Shown: piece by piece, positions 35,752 through 46,373 of the stretch
How the letters are laid out: each line of letters begins with the position of its first letter
Numbering within the stretch: the stretch's first letter is position 1
Source of the DNA: a virus
Virus record (IMG/VR): IMGVR_UViG_3300030098_007087
Span: 1 to 64,000 of that record
DNA: 64,000 nucleotides
Reading direction: 5' to 3' (one strand)
Position numbers and translations under genes: made by a program
The notes under the pieces: model-generated
Told to the model about the DNA's origin: nothing
Databases searched by the model: none
The model's input: only the letters and a program-made list of their open reading frames with translations

Positions 35752-36350
35752 GCTTTGAATTAGTTAGAGAGTTTGAAAAGCAAATTGCTTCTTTTTTTGG
35801 TTCTCCATATGCTGTTGCCGTGGATTGTTGCACACACGGGCTAGAGCTTTGCTTGCGATACCAAAAAGTGAAGTCTATAACTGTTCCAAAGAGAACATAT
35901 CTTTCTGTTCCAATGTTGGCAAATAAGCTAAATATCGAATTGAAGTGGAAAGATGAGAATTGGGAAAGCTTTTATTATCTAGGTGACACAAACATTATAG
36001 ACGCCGCAGTTTTATGGCAACAAGACAGTTATATCAAAGACACCTTTATGTGTGTTAGTTTTCAATTCAAGAAGCACCTTAGTCTTGGTCGTGGCGGAAT
36101 TATCTTGACAGATAATGAAAAAGCATCTAAAATTTTAAAGAAAATGAGTTATGATGGTAGAGAGGTAAATGACGTGCCTTGGGTGAAACAAGATATAGAA
36201 ATGATGGGCTATCACTATTACATGACTCCCGAGACAGCAAAATTGGGATTAGAAAAGCTACCAGACGCAATTGCAAGCCCAGCAAGGATCTGGGACATTA
36301 ATGAATGGGCTGATCTGACACAAATGAAAATTTTCAAGGAAAACAAATGA
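35748..36350 (+). CDS. short DegT/DnrJ/EryC1/StrS-family PLP enzyme
   Basis: FE...FFGSPYAVAVDCCT, DAA, SFQFKKHL..GRGG. Confidence 0.82.
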   Translation: MSFELVREFEKQIASFFGSPYAVAVDCCTHGLELCLRYQKVKSITVPKRTYLSVPMLANKLNIELKWKDENWESFYYLGDTNIIDAAVLWQQDSYIKDTFMCVSFQFKKHLSLGRGGIILTDNEKASKILKKMSYDGREVNDVPWVKQDIEMMGYHYYMTPETAKLGLEKLPDAIASPARIWDINEWADLTQMKIFKENK

Positions 36351-37315
36351 GTAAAAAAGCTTTGATCACAGGTATATCCGGACAAGACGGTAGTTACCTA
36401 ACTGAATTATTACTATCCAAAGGCTATGAAGTGCATGGTCTTGTCAGGAGGCATTCGGTTGCAGAAAATCAGGATGCCAGACTTCAAAAAATTGAAGGTG
36501 AAGTAAATTGTCATTATGGTGATCTTTTAGACTATCCATCCCTACACAGAGTCATTTCTGATGTAATGCCGGATGAGATATATAACTTGGGGGCTATGAG
36601 TCATGTTAGAATTAGTTTTGATATGCCATCATTCACTATACAAACAAATGCTCTAGGCGTGTTGAACATGCTAGAAGTGTATAGAACAACATGCCCAGAT
36701 GCAAAATTTTATCAAGCTAGCTCTTCTGAGATGTTTGGAAATTCTGTCGATGATGATGGGGTACAGCGCCTGTCAACACCGATGACACCAGTTAGCCCAT
36801 ATGGATGTGCAAAAGTGATGGGCTTCAACCTTGTTCGCCACTACAGAGTTGCTTATGGTCTGCATGCGTGTAATGGCATTTTATTCAACCACGAGTCACC
36901 CCGGAGGGGGTCAAACTTTGTGACAAACAAAGTCGTCAAAGGTGCCGTCGCAATTAAAAAAGGGTTGCAAGACAAGTTGGAACTTGGCAATATGGATTCA
37001 TATAGAGACTGGGGTCATTCCAAGGACTACGTTAGAGCCATGCACATGATTATCAATCATGATAAAGCTGACGAGTTTATTGTTTCTACTGGAGAAACAC
37101 ATTCAGTTAGAGAATTATGTGAAGTTGTTTTCTCAAAACTTGGAATGAATTACGAAGATTATATTGTTCAAAATCCAAAGTTTATGAGACCTGAAGAGTT
37201 GAAGTATCTGAAAGGAGACTCAAGTAAGGCAAGAGAAATATTGGGATGGAAGCCTGAGTACACTTTTGAATCAATGATGGAAGAAATGATAGAAAGATGG
37301 CAAAAAGAATTATAA
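36347..37315 (+). CDS. gmd: GDP-mannose 4,6-dehydratase
   Basis: ALITGISGQDGSYL, YQASSSE, SPYGCAK, GILFNHESPRRG, RDWGH. Confidence 0.95.
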   Translation: MSKKALITGISGQDGSYLTELLLSKGYEVHGLVRRHSVAENQDARLQKIEGEVNCHYGDLLDYPSLHRVISDVMPDEIYNLGAMSHVRISFDMPSFTIQTNALGVLNMLEVYRTTCPDAKFYQASSSEMFGNSVDDDGVQRLSTPMTPVSPYGCAKVMGFNLVRHYRVAYGLHACNGILFNHESPRRGSNFVTNKVVKGAVAIKKGLQDKLELGNMDSYRDWGHSKDYVRAMHMIINHDKADEFIVSTGETHSVRELCEVVFSKLGMNYEDYIVQNPKFMRPEELKYLKGDSSKAREILGWKPEYTFESMMEEMIERWQKEL

Positions 37316-39222
37316 GAAAAAGGCTTTGTGTTTTACAAGTAGCGCCTGAATTTCCAAATCAGGACCATGTAGAGTATTTTAAGGATAAAGAGGACTGTGA
37401 CTTTTATTTTGTCACCCACGACGCTGAACATGAGGATGCGCTAAAATTTTGCCCTGATACAAAATGGGCACAGACTAGAGATACACTGTGCGAGTTGGTT
37501 CCTAAAGAATATGATTATTACGCATTCATAGATTATGATTATATTTTACGACCACAAAGAAACCTTAGTGTCAAAGAACAGATAATAGAAGATCTTGAAT
37601 ACAACCCAGCAATTCTGACTTATTATCCCGGCAAAAACCTTCAAACTCCGTATGCAACTGATAAAAAGTATTATGAGAGTAGAGATTATTCTTGTATTCC
37701 TTTTACGCACTTTGGATTAAAGGTAATTCACCACTCATTGTTGCAATGGTTTTTCCCTCTTTGTACAAACTTTTCTGTTGATGTTGATTCTTGCCATATG
37801 TTCAATATACAAGAACTGCCATTCATGAAAAATGTAATATGCAGCCACAAAATGATCTACGACAACGGATACAGTAATGAGGAGTCCGAATACAACAAGG
37901 ATGGGGCGTATAGTAAATACAAAATGGATGAAATGTGGAAGTGGATAAAACCTTCTTTCAAAAAACAGAAAGTGTTGAGCATGTTCGCATCACTGCCCCA
38001 AGAGTATAATGACAGCTTGCTTATAAAAAAAGCTTTTGTAAATATCTTTAGAGACAAAGATGTAACACCAGCCTCTTCTCCGCCCGATGTAAATTATTTC
38101 AATAAAGAAAAAATAGAGAACGTTTTTGATCTAGAGCATGAATTCTTTTCAAATAAAGAATTTGATATTGAAAAACAATTCATGGACTTGCATCCAGAGT
38201 TTAGGAGCAAGGTTGAAAATATATTGCGAAGGGATGTTACTTTTGAAACTCTGAAAACCAAAGAAGACCCATGGATAAACATAGTAAAAAATATAAATGA
38301 TGAATTAGGAGAATATAGAAATATAAGTGCGAATGAGTGTGTTGACATTTATCAAACGATGGAAAACAACAATTCTTTATTTATAAAGAATGCACAAACC
38401 AACAAAGATCTGCAAGAATACCTTAGAGGCAAAAGAGTCGCTTTTGTAGGACCTGCGCCGTGTCTTTCTGGGAAAGGCAAAGGAAAGCTAATAGATAGTT
38501 ACGATGTTGTGGTCAGAGTCCAACCAGAAATATGGGACACAAATGATTTTGGAAGCAGGACTGATATTGTTCAAAGTTGCCTAAATTCTAGCTACAGCCC
38601 CAAAGTCGCCAAATTTCTTGAGAGCACCGCTATCGACGAAAGACCAAAATTTATTATTTGCAATGACACTGTTGCGAGAGAATATCCCCACCCCGGCAGC
38701 GGAAATTGGTATTCTGTTGTTAAGGAATACAATGATTATTTAAAAAAATATGGCGTACCTTTAGCACACTTGGAAAATAAAGATGGTACGTGGGAAAGAT
38801 GGGCTTTATACTGGGAGGTATATGCAAAGCCGCATATTGAAAAAGTTGGCAAAAACATGTACACTCATTATAGCGGCAATTTCAACTCAGGTTATGGAGC
38901 ACTAAATATGTTATTAAGTTGCCCACTGAAGGAATTAGCTGTGTTTGGAGTGAATTTTTATAATTTTGGAGTTGTAAAAGACATAAAAGACAAGTATAAT
39001 CCAGCATACATTAACGCGCAAGGAAATGATGGTGCTTATTTAGGACCAGACAAGATCTTGCATGATCAAATATCCCAAATCATGCATTGTGTAAATGTTT
39101 TAGAAAAGGATGATAGATTTATAATGGACCCCGATGTGAAGGGGGGATTGTACGATGATGAATTACACAAGAGAATAAATAAGTTCAAAAAATTACCAAA
39201 AATTTTACACACTACACAATAA
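37297..39222 (+). CDS. two-domain glycosyltransferase; C-terminal GT29 (sialyltransferase)-like domain
   Basis: N-terminal FIDYD DxD motif; C-terminal GKRVAFVGPA...GKLIDSYDVVVRV...DFGSRTD resembles sialylmotif L. Confidence 0.65.
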   Translation: MAKRIIRKRLCVLQVAPEFPNQDHVEYFKDKEDCDFYFVTHDAEHEDALKFCPDTKWAQTRDTLCELVPKEYDYYAFIDYDYILRPQRNLSVKEQIIEDLEYNPAILTYYPGKNLQTPYATDKKYYESRDYSCIPFTHFGLKVIHHSLLQWFFPLCTNFSVDVDSCHMFNIQELPFMKNVICSHKMIYDNGYSNEESEYNKDGAYSKYKMDEMWKWIKPSFKKQKVLSMFASLPQEYNDSLLIKKAFVNIFRDKDVTPASSPPDVNYFNKEKIENVFDLEHEFFSNKEFDIEKQFMDLHPEFRSKVENILRRDVTFETLKTKEDPWINIVKNINDELGEYRNISANECVDIYQTMENNNSLFIKNAQTNKDLQEYLRGKRVAFVGPAPCLSGKGKGKLIDSYDVVVRVQPEIWDTNDFGSRTDIVQSCLNSSYSPKVAKFLESTAIDERPKFIICNDTVAREYPHPGSGNWYSVVKEYNDYLKKYGVPLAHLENKDGTWERWALYWEVYAKPHIEKVGKNMYTHYSGNFNSGYGALNMLLSCPLKELAVFGVNFYNFGVVKDIKDKYNPAYINAQGNDGAYLGPDKILHDQISQIMHCVNVLEKDDRFIMDPDVKGGLYDDELHKRINKFKKLPKILHTTQ

Positions 39223-39237
39223 AAAGAGGTTATAAAA

Positions 39238-40377
39238 TTGTCAAAAATAGTAGCAATGATTCCCGCTCGAATGGGAAGCAAAAGAATTCCAAAGAAAAAC
39301 ATACGCCTTTTGAATGGCAAGCCACTGATCCAGTATGCTATTGATGCCGCTAAAGAGGCGGGATGTTTCGATGAGATCTGGGTCAACTCAGAGTCAGATA
39401 TTATTAAAGAGATAGCATTAGAGTCTGATGTCAATTTCTACAAAAGACCAGATGAATTTGCTTCTGATACAGCTAGCAATGATCAATTTACAGAGGATTT
39501 TTTCAACAACGTTGATTGTGATATTGTGATACAAATATTGCCAACATCTCCGTTTATCTCTACGGAAGAGATACAGCAATTTGTACAACAATTTGTCTAC
39601 AACGGCTTAGACACTCTTATATCTATGATTGATGTACAGATTGAGGCGATGTATGATGGTTCGCCAATCAACTTTTTCCAGAAAAAGCAAACACCACCAT
39701 CACAAACTCTAACACCCATCAAGGCATACGGGTGCTCTTTAATGGGGTGGAGAAAAGATAACTATTTGGAAAATATTGAAAAATATGGCGCTGCCTACCA
39801 CGGCGGCGATGGAAAAATAGACTTTTTTACTCTCAAAGGGTATTCGACTGTTGACATCGATAATGAGGAAGAGTTTCAATTAGCTGAAACCGTAGCTCGC
39901 AGCCTTTCTAAAAATAGAAGTTTTGCAAAGCGATACTATGGTCAAGAACACACCGAGGTTGACGTACCAGAAATTTTGTCAAAAGACGGTGTTAAATCAG
40001 CCAGCTATAATTTGGCTAATCAAAAAATTGTAAATATAAAGGATATTGTTGGATCAAACGATGCAAACTCCAGTTGGTGCTACAGGGCGATCAATACGGA
40101 AAACAATAGCGCCACCTTGATTGCTCAAATGCCCGGAGAGGGGAACAGAAGACACTACCATCCAGATTGGAATGAGTGGTGGTATATTCTCAAAGGAGAG
40201 TGGGAGTGGGAGATCGACGGAGAAGTATCTATCGTGAAGGAAGGTGATTTTGTTTTTATACCAAAAGGTGTTGTGCATAAAATCACTGGTCATGGGAAGG
40301 AACAATCTATCCGTTTGGCTGTGAGTCGAGACGATGTTGAGCATACCTATCCGGAAGGAGATCACCACAATGAATAA
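39238..40377 (+). CDS. CMP-ulosonate synthetase (NeuA-like) fused to a cupin
   Basis: IPARMGSKRIPKKN, PTSPF, DIDNEEEF; cupin RHYH...EWW...PKGVVH. Confidence 0.88.
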   Translation: MSKIVAMIPARMGSKRIPKKNIRLLNGKPLIQYAIDAAKEAGCFDEIWVNSESDIIKEIALESDVNFYKRPDEFASDTASNDQFTEDFFNNVDCDIVIQILPTSPFISTEEIQQFVQQFVYNGLDTLISMIDVQIEAMYDGSPINFFQKKQTPPSQTLTPIKAYGCSLMGWRKDNYLENIEKYGAAYHGGDGKIDFFTLKGYSTVDIDNEEEFQLAETVARSLSKNRSFAKRYYGQEHTEVDVPEILSKDGVKSASYNLANQKIVNIKDIVGSNDANSSWCYRAINTENNSATLIAQMPGEGNRRHYHPDWNEWWYILKGEWEWEIDGEVSIVKEGDFVFIPKGVVHKITGHGKEQSIRLAVSRDDVEHTYPEGDHHNE

Positions 40378-41554
40378 TATAGCTAGGGGTAGCATTTTCA
40401 ATATAAAAATTGATTTTGAAAGAAGCTCTGGCGCATACATATATGATAAGAATTCTGATAGAAAATATCTAGATTTTTTTGGTATGTATGCATCCTTGCC
40501 TCTTGGATATAATCATAAAGTTTTTAAGTCTGAACAATTTCAAGATGAGATAAGCAGATGCTCGCACGTAAAAGTTACTAATTGTGAATTCATTTCTGAT
40601 GAAACAGAAGAGTTCGACAAGCAGTTTAGCTCCTACTGCTCTTTGGATAACACGTTTTCTAATTTTCATTATTGTTCTACAGGGGCTTTGGCAGTGGAGG
40701 CGGCAATAAAAATAAGCCTTCACTATAAGAACTATAAAAACCTCAATGTCCTATCTTTCAACAACAGCTTTCATGGTGTGAATAGTTATGGAGGCTTCAT
40801 AACAGGAAGATTTTCAACTTCTCTAAAAAGATTAAAGGGGCTTCCGGAACTCTTTTCAACAAAATGCAATTACGACATACAGGAAGTTGAAAAAATAATG
40901 AGCAACAAGGACAACCCTGTAACTTGTATCGTTGTTGAGCCAATACAGTGCACTGCGGGTGACATTCATCATGATAGGGAGTTCTTTTCCAAACTTAGAG
41001 ATCTGTGCAATACATATGATGTGCCAATGGTGTTCGATGAGATTCAGGTAGGATTCGGAGCCACAGGGAAGTTATGGTATTTCGAGCATCTCGGAATAAC
41101 CCCAGATATAGTTGTGTTTGGTAAAAAGACACAGGTCTCTGGGTTGATGGTGACCAAAAAATTTAGCGATATTTTCAACAGAGATGATGTGCCCCGATTG
41201 GAAGTCACTTGGAATTCAGACACGCTCGACATGATTCGGTGCAAATATATTATTCAAGAATTTCAAGAAAGCTCTGTATTAGAGAATGTCAATAAAAGAG
41301 GAGAGCAAATAAAAAATTTGTTATCGAATGTTTCTGGGATTGATAATTTTAGATCTAAAGGGCTAATAATAGGGTTTGATCTAAAAAATACCGAAACTAG
41401 AGATAGATTGATGAAAGTTCTTTACAACAAAGGCATGATTTGCAACTCAACAGGGGCAAATTCAATACGCCTAAGACCAAATCTTGCTTTGAGTGAGCAG
41501 GACGCAATTGTAGGCTGTAACATGATCAAGGAAGCCCTGCAAGAAATAGAATGA
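40370..41554 (+). CDS. class III PLP aminotransferase (lysine epsilon-aminotransferase-like)
   Basis: YLDFF, LGYNH, TGALAVEAAIK, SFHG, VEPIQ, FDEIQVGFG, FGKK. Confidence 0.88.
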   Translation: MNNIARGSIFNIKIDFERSSGAYIYDKNSDRKYLDFFGMYASLPLGYNHKVFKSEQFQDEISRCSHVKVTNCEFISDETEEFDKQFSSYCSLDNTFSNFHYCSTGALAVEAAIKISLHYKNYKNLNVLSFNNSFHGVNSYGGFITGRFSTSLKRLKGLPELFSTKCNYDIQEVEKIMSNKDNPVTCIVVEPIQCTAGDIHHDREFFSKLRDLCNTYDVPMVFDEIQVGFGATGKLWYFEHLGITPDIVVFGKKTQVSGLMVTKKFSDIFNRDDVPRLEVTWNSDTLDMIRCKYIIQEFQESSVLENVNKRGEQIKNLLSNVSGIDNFRSKGLIIGFDLKNTETRDRLMKVLYNKGMICNSTGANSIRLRPNLALSEQDAIVGCNMIKEALQEIE

Positions 41555-42198
41555 AAATATTCGTACCTATAAAACACAACTCTCAGCGTGTCCCCCAAAA
41601 GAATTTTAGAATTTTCAAAGGCGAACCTTTATACAAGTATTCTCTCTTGAAATATAAGGGTCTAGAAGTCTATGTTGATACCGATAGTGATGAAATATAT
41701 GAAAGTATCAACAGCGATGCGCGGTTTTCAAATGTCAGTGTTTTCATGAGAGATAAAAAATTAGTGGGAGATTCCGTATCAGTGTGCGATCTAATCCTAA
41801 ATTTTATTAAGAAATATAATGTAACAGTGCCAATCGCTCAGGTGCACGTAACAAGCCCTTTTTTGAATGCAAGCATTATAAAGGATGCCTATAAGTATAT
41901 GAGCAAGCACGATTCAGTTATTTCTTGCAATACTTATAATTCTAGATTTTGGAGAAAAGAAAAATATGGCTTTTGCCCAGTTAACCACAACCCTCTAAAG
42001 TTGGAACAAACTCAAGATTTGCCAATTATTTATGAGGAGAATTCTGCGTTTTACATATTTAAACCTTCTGTGGTATTATCAACGTCTAGTAGAATTGGTC
42101 AAAACCCATATTTTTATTCTATATCTAAGCCGTATAATATGGACATAGACACGGAAAGCGACTGGGAAGATGTTCTAAAGGAGGCTGATAATAAATGA
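41551..42198 (+). CDS. second NeuA-like cytidylyltransferase
   Basis: VPIKHNSQRVPQKNFR, HVTSPF, TQDL, EENS, DIDTESD. Confidence 0.85.
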   Translation: MKIFVPIKHNSQRVPQKNFRIFKGEPLYKYSLLKYKGLEVYVDTDSDEIYESINSDARFSNVSVFMRDKKLVGDSVSVCDLILNFIKKYNVTVPIAQVHVTSPFLNASIIKDAYKYMSKHDSVISCNTYNSRFWRKEKYGFCPVNHNPLKLEQTQDLPIIYEENSAFYIFKPSVVLSTSSRIGQNPYFYSISKPYNMDIDTESDWEDVLKEADNK

Positions 42199-43124
42199 AA
42201 AATATAAAAATATATATTGTTACCTACAGAAGAACAGAAATCTTAAATAAAACTTTGGATACCCTTTTCAACAAAACAGACTTCCCATCTATAGAGAATA
42301 CAGAGGTAAACATAATCAATAACCACTCAGAATTTTCTATAGAGGACCGCTTTAAGGACAGGGTAAACGTCATACACAACAATGCACGACCCGATTGGGA
42401 TACTGGCAACTTAGCAAGAAACTGGAATCAAGCTTTAGTTCATGGATTTGTTGACTTGAACAACCCTGATAGCAAAATTGTAGTCACTATGCAAAACGAT
42501 ATTGTTTTAGATTCAAATTGGGCTACAAATTTACTAAAAATGCATCAAAAGTATACCTTCATTACAGGTCGTTTGGGAGATAACATTGTCAGCTATCGAC
42601 CCGATGCAGTGAAAAAGATTGGCATGTGGGATGAAAGATTTTTGACTCCCGGCAATAAGGAAGCCGACTATTATATCAGGGCTCTTATTTATAATAAAGA
42701 ACACTCTCTGATCAACGATATAGTTCATGGAAGGTTGCTAAATGAAGCCGATGCGCTGCCATTGGACACCCCAGAATACCAAGGAGGAAACAGTGATTGG
42801 CTAGAGATAAAGTCTAATCCACTTTGGGATGAAGCTTGGTATCACACCACGCAAATATTTTACTGGAAATGGAAAGACACATGGAAAACACAGCCATCCT
42901 ACCTCGGATGGCTGACTAAGTGGTCTAAAGATTTTGTTGATAATCCCCCTTCTCCTCCAAAGGTGCCAAACTTTGTTCAATATTATTATTTTGAAAAAGA
43001 TATACAACTAAAAGACAAAAATTACATTGGTTGGAATGAGGGTGATATTTGGCTAGATTTGGGCAAACAGGGGGATATTGACCAGCACCCAATAAATAAA
43101 GAGGAGCGTTTTAGAAGTGATTAA
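42195..43124 (+). CDS. GT-A (GT2-like) glycosyltransferase
   Basis: YIVTY, IINN, LARNWN, QND, IGMWDERF, EADY. Confidence 0.75.
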   Translation: MKNIKIYIVTYRRTEILNKTLDTLFNKTDFPSIENTEVNIINNHSEFSIEDRFKDRVNVIHNNARPDWDTGNLARNWNQALVHGFVDLNNPDSKIVVTMQNDIVLDSNWATNLLKMHQKYTFITGRLGDNIVSYRPDAVKKIGMWDERFLTPGNKEADYYIRALIYNKEHSLINDIVHGRLLNEADALPLDTPEYQGGNSDWLEIKSNPLWDEAWYHTTQIFYWKWKDTWKTQPSYLGWLTKWSKDFVDNPPSPPKVPNFVQYYYFEKDIQLKDKNYIGWNEGDIWLDLGKQGDIDQHPINKEERFRSD

Positions 43125-44484
43125 ATTTGTTGTTTTTGATTTAGACGGAGTTTTAGTAAACGCTAGAGAGATTCACTATGAAGCTCTCAACGCAGCCTTG
43201 GCAGATGTTGATGAAAAATATGTAATAAATAAAAAAGAACATTTATCAATTTTTGATGGTCTTTCTACCACAAAAAAACTGAATTTATTGTCTGAAAGAA
43301 AAGGTTTAGACAAAAACTTGCATAATATCATATGGAAGACTAAACAAAAAAAGACAATTGAGATAATTGATAATTTCTCTAGAGATGAGAGAGTTTGCAA
43401 AATACTGAAAAAAATAAAATCTCAAGGTTTGATGGTAGCATGTGCCACAAATTCAATTAGAGAAACTGCAAAACTTCAACTCTTAAGGAAGGGCTTTTTT
43501 GAACACATTGATTTTTTGTATTCAAATCAAGATGTGCAGAGACCAAAGCCAAGTTCAGAGATATATCTAAAATGCATGCTAAGAGCTAATGTGGACCCTC
43601 ATGAGACGCTAGTTATAGAAGATTCTCATCATGGTAGAACAGCAGCTATTAATAGCGGTGCACATTTACATGCTGTAAAAAATTGTGAAGATGTACAATA
43701 CGACAAAATAATCAATCATATAAAAAGAATAGATAAACAAAACAATACAAAACCAAAGTGGCAAGGAGGAAAAATGAATGTTCTTATACCGATGGCTGGA
43801 GCAGGATCTAGATTTCAACAAGCTGGATACACATTCCCAAAACCTTTGATTGAGGTAAATGGAAAGCCAATGATACAGGTTGTTGTTGAAAACCTAAACA
43901 TAGATGCAAAACACATTTTTGTGGTTCAAAAAGAGCATTATGAGCAGTACAATTTGAAACACCTTTTGAATTTGATATCACCAGATTGTGAAGTCGTTCA
44001 AGTTGATGGAATGACTGAAGGCGCAGCATGCACCACACTATTAGCTAAAGAATTCATCGACAATGATGAGCCCCTATTATATGCGAATTCTGATCAATTT
44101 TTGGACTGGGATAGTAATGAATTTATGTATTCTATGGAGGCTGATGAAATCGACGGGGGAATGCTAACTTTTACAGCGACTCATCCCAAGTGGAGCTTTG
44201 CCAAACTAGACTCAGATGGGTATGTGACTGAGGTAGCTGAAAAAAAGCCAATTAGTGATATTGCGACCACTGGTATTTATTATTGGAAAAAAGGTTCTGA
44301 TTATGTAAAATATGCAGAACAAATGATTGAAAATAATACTAGAGTAAATAATGAATTTTATGTTTGTCCGGTTTTCAATGAGGCTATAACAGATGGTAAA
44401 AAAATAAAAACTTTTCACTTTGATGGAATGTGGGGGATTGGAACGCCTGAAGATCTAAGAAATTTCTTGGAGAACCACAAGTGA
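43117..44484 (+). CDS. HAD phosphatase fused to sugar-phosphate nucleotidyltransferase
   Basis: FDLDGVL, KP, IEDS; IPMAGAGSRF...PKPLI...NEFYV...GTPEDL. Confidence 0.9.
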   Translation: MIKFVVFDLDGVLVNAREIHYEALNAALADVDEKYVINKKEHLSIFDGLSTTKKLNLLSERKGLDKNLHNIIWKTKQKKTIEIIDNFSRDERVCKILKKIKSQGLMVACATNSIRETAKLQLLRKGFFEHIDFLYSNQDVQRPKPSSEIYLKCMLRANVDPHETLVIEDSHHGRTAAINSGAHLHAVKNCEDVQYDKIINHIKRIDKQNNTKPKWQGGKMNVLIPMAGAGSRFQQAGYTFPKPLIEVNGKPMIQVVVENLNIDAKHIFVVQKEHYEQYNLKHLLNLISPDCEVVQVDGMTEGAACTTLLAKEFIDNDEPLLYANSDQFLDWDSNEFMYSMEADEIDGGMLTFTATHPKWSFAKLDSDGYVTEVAEKKPISDIATTGIYYWKKGSDYVKYAEQMIENNTRVNNEFYVCPVFNEAITDGKKIKTFHFDGMWGIGTPEDLRNFLENHK

Positions 44485-44924
44485 TTCTTATATCTCATAG
44501 GGGTAATATTGATGGCAAAAAACCATTGCTTGAAAATAGCCCACCCTATATTGAGAAAGCTTTGAAAAAAGGATTTGATGTCGAAATAGATGTGTGGTAT
44601 CATAGTAATCAATGGTTTTTAGGTCATGACGAACCTCAACATTTAGTGAAAAGTGATTTTCTAACCAATGATAAGCTTTGGTGTCACGCAAAAAACTTAC
44701 AGGCGCTTGAACAGTTATTGAAACTTGGCGCTCATTGTTTTTGGCACCAAGAAGACGACTATACTCTGACCAGTCGAGGGGTTATATGGGCTTATCCGGG
44801 CAAAGATCTAGTAAAGAATTCAATCTGCGTCATGCCAGAAAGATGTGAATTCAAAATCGAAATCGAATGTTTAGGGATTTGCTCAGATATAATAGAGGAA
44901 TATAGGAAGAAATATGGCAGTTGA
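44481..44924 (+). CDS. short GDPD-like (PLC-like phosphodiesterase fold) protein
   Basis: ISHRGN, EN, DVEIDV, WCHAKN, GICSD. Confidence 0.8.
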   Translation: MILISHRGNIDGKKPLLENSPPYIEKALKKGFDVEIDVWYHSNQWFLGHDEPQHLVKSDFLTNDKLWCHAKNLQALEQLLKLGAHCFWHQEDDYTLTSRGVIWAYPGKDLVKNSICVMPERCEFKIEIECLGICSDIIEEYRKKYGS

Positions 44925-45615
44925 ATTAAAGAATTTGGAAATTATAAGTCAAAGTCAGGACTTATACGACAGCTTCAACAATTTTATACTAAGTTCAGAT
45001 ACGAAAGTTTTTGGCAAGTTATTGGCTCGATCCTTACTATTTGATAAAGTAAAAGATATCCCCGGAGACATCGTTGAATGTGGAGTTTTCAAGGGGACTG
45101 GTATAATGACATTTCTAAAAATAAAGAAATATCTCGCTCCCAACTCTGGTAAAAAGGTTATTGGTTTTGATTTTTTTGATACTGATTCTTTACTAGAAAG
45201 CTTATCCGATCAGGATCAAGAGGCTATGGAAGTTCTCTTCAAGGATAGAGGATTCTCCCACAGTGATTCTTTTTGCGAATATTTGAAAAACTTGATTTCT
45301 GAGTCTGGATTTCAAAATCATGAATATGATCTGGTAAAAGGGAATGTTTCTGAAACTTCACATGAGTACGTCTCTTCTCGACCGGGAATGAAAATATCCC
45401 TTTTATATCTAGATTTAGATGTTGCAGAACCAACTTACGATGTGCTATGCGCCATGTGGGATAGGGTATCAAAAGGAGGCATTGTTGTTTTTGATGAATA
45501 CGCATTTCACGAGTGGTCGGAATCAAAAGGGGTTGATAAGTTCTTTTTAGATAAAGAAGTAGAAATAAGAAGCTTAAATTACATTTGCCCATCCGCGTAC
45601 ATTATAAAAAAATAA
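44914..45615 (+). CDS. TylF/MycF-family O-methyltransferase
   Basis: PGDIVECGVFKG, GFDFF, LYLDLD, GGIVVFDEY. Confidence 0.85.
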   Translation: MAVELKNLEIISQSQDLYDSFNNFILSSDTKVFGKLLARSLLFDKVKDIPGDIVECGVFKGTGIMTFLKIKKYLAPNSGKKVIGFDFFDTDSLLESLSDQDQEAMEVLFKDRGFSHSDSFCEYLKNLISESGFQNHEYDLVKGNVSETSHEYVSSRPGMKISLLYLDLDVAEPTYDVLCAMWDRVSKGGIVVFDEYAFHEWSESKGVDKFFLDKEVEIRSLNYICPSAYIIKK

Positions 45616-45626
45616 AGGAAATTATT

Positions 45627-46373
45627 ATGGACATAAAATCTTTACGAAAGATGAAAAAAAACTTAAAGTTTGATAACGCAATGACTTTTCATTTTAACTG
45701 CAAAACAAAAGACCAAGAAAAGTATTATGACGAATACAGTATTCCAGATGAAATAGAAAAAAATGTTTGCATAGATCTGGGGTGTAACATTGGGCTTTTT
45801 ACTTTGGATCACTGCGATAAATTCAAAAATGTTTATGCAATTGACGCCAGTTATCAAAATTTTCTTATAACAACAAGAAAAGTAATTTATGAGGCAATTC
45901 GCAATAAAAGGGCGGAAAATGTTACATGCTTTAATTTTGCTGCCGCCAAAGAAAATGGACAAATAATAAAAATTTATAAACATGAACGCAATGGCGAATC
46001 TGTTAGCCCTGTAACAGTCAAAGAGATATTAGAAACACAGCATGAAGATTGGAATGAATCAGAGGAAACTTTCCATAATGTTTTTACAATTTCCCTAGAA
46101 GGATTGTATGAATTTTTTAATACAGATTACATTGACTACTTGAAGATGGATGTTGAAGGGGCGGAGTATGATTTTCTTTTAGATAAAGATCTAAGCCGAG
46201 TTGGATGTCTAGCTCTTGAAATGCACGGCACTTTAGGTGCTGAAAAAAAAGAGCAAATGAAAAAACACTTAAAAAAGTATTTCAACATATACCACGTTAC
46301 ATACGATAACCCTGCGCCCGACCATTCCGTTATAACTTATATAAATAAAAGCTATAAATGGTCACCCGCATGA
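45627..46373 (+). CDS. FkbM-family methyltransferase
   Basis: IDLGCNIG, IDYLKMDVEGAEY, EMH. Confidence 0.85.
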   Translation: MDIKSLRKMKKNLKFDNAMTFHFNCKTKDQEKYYDEYSIPDEIEKNVCIDLGCNIGLFTLDHCDKFKNVYAIDASYQNFLITTRKVIYEAIRNKRAENVTCFNFAAAKENGQIIKIYKHERNGESVSPVTVKEILETQHEDWNESEETFHNVFTISLEGLYEFFNTDYIDYLKMDVEGAEYDFLLDKDLSRVGCLALEMHGTLGAEKKEQMKKHLKKYFNIYHVTYDNPAPDHSVITYINKSYKWSPA

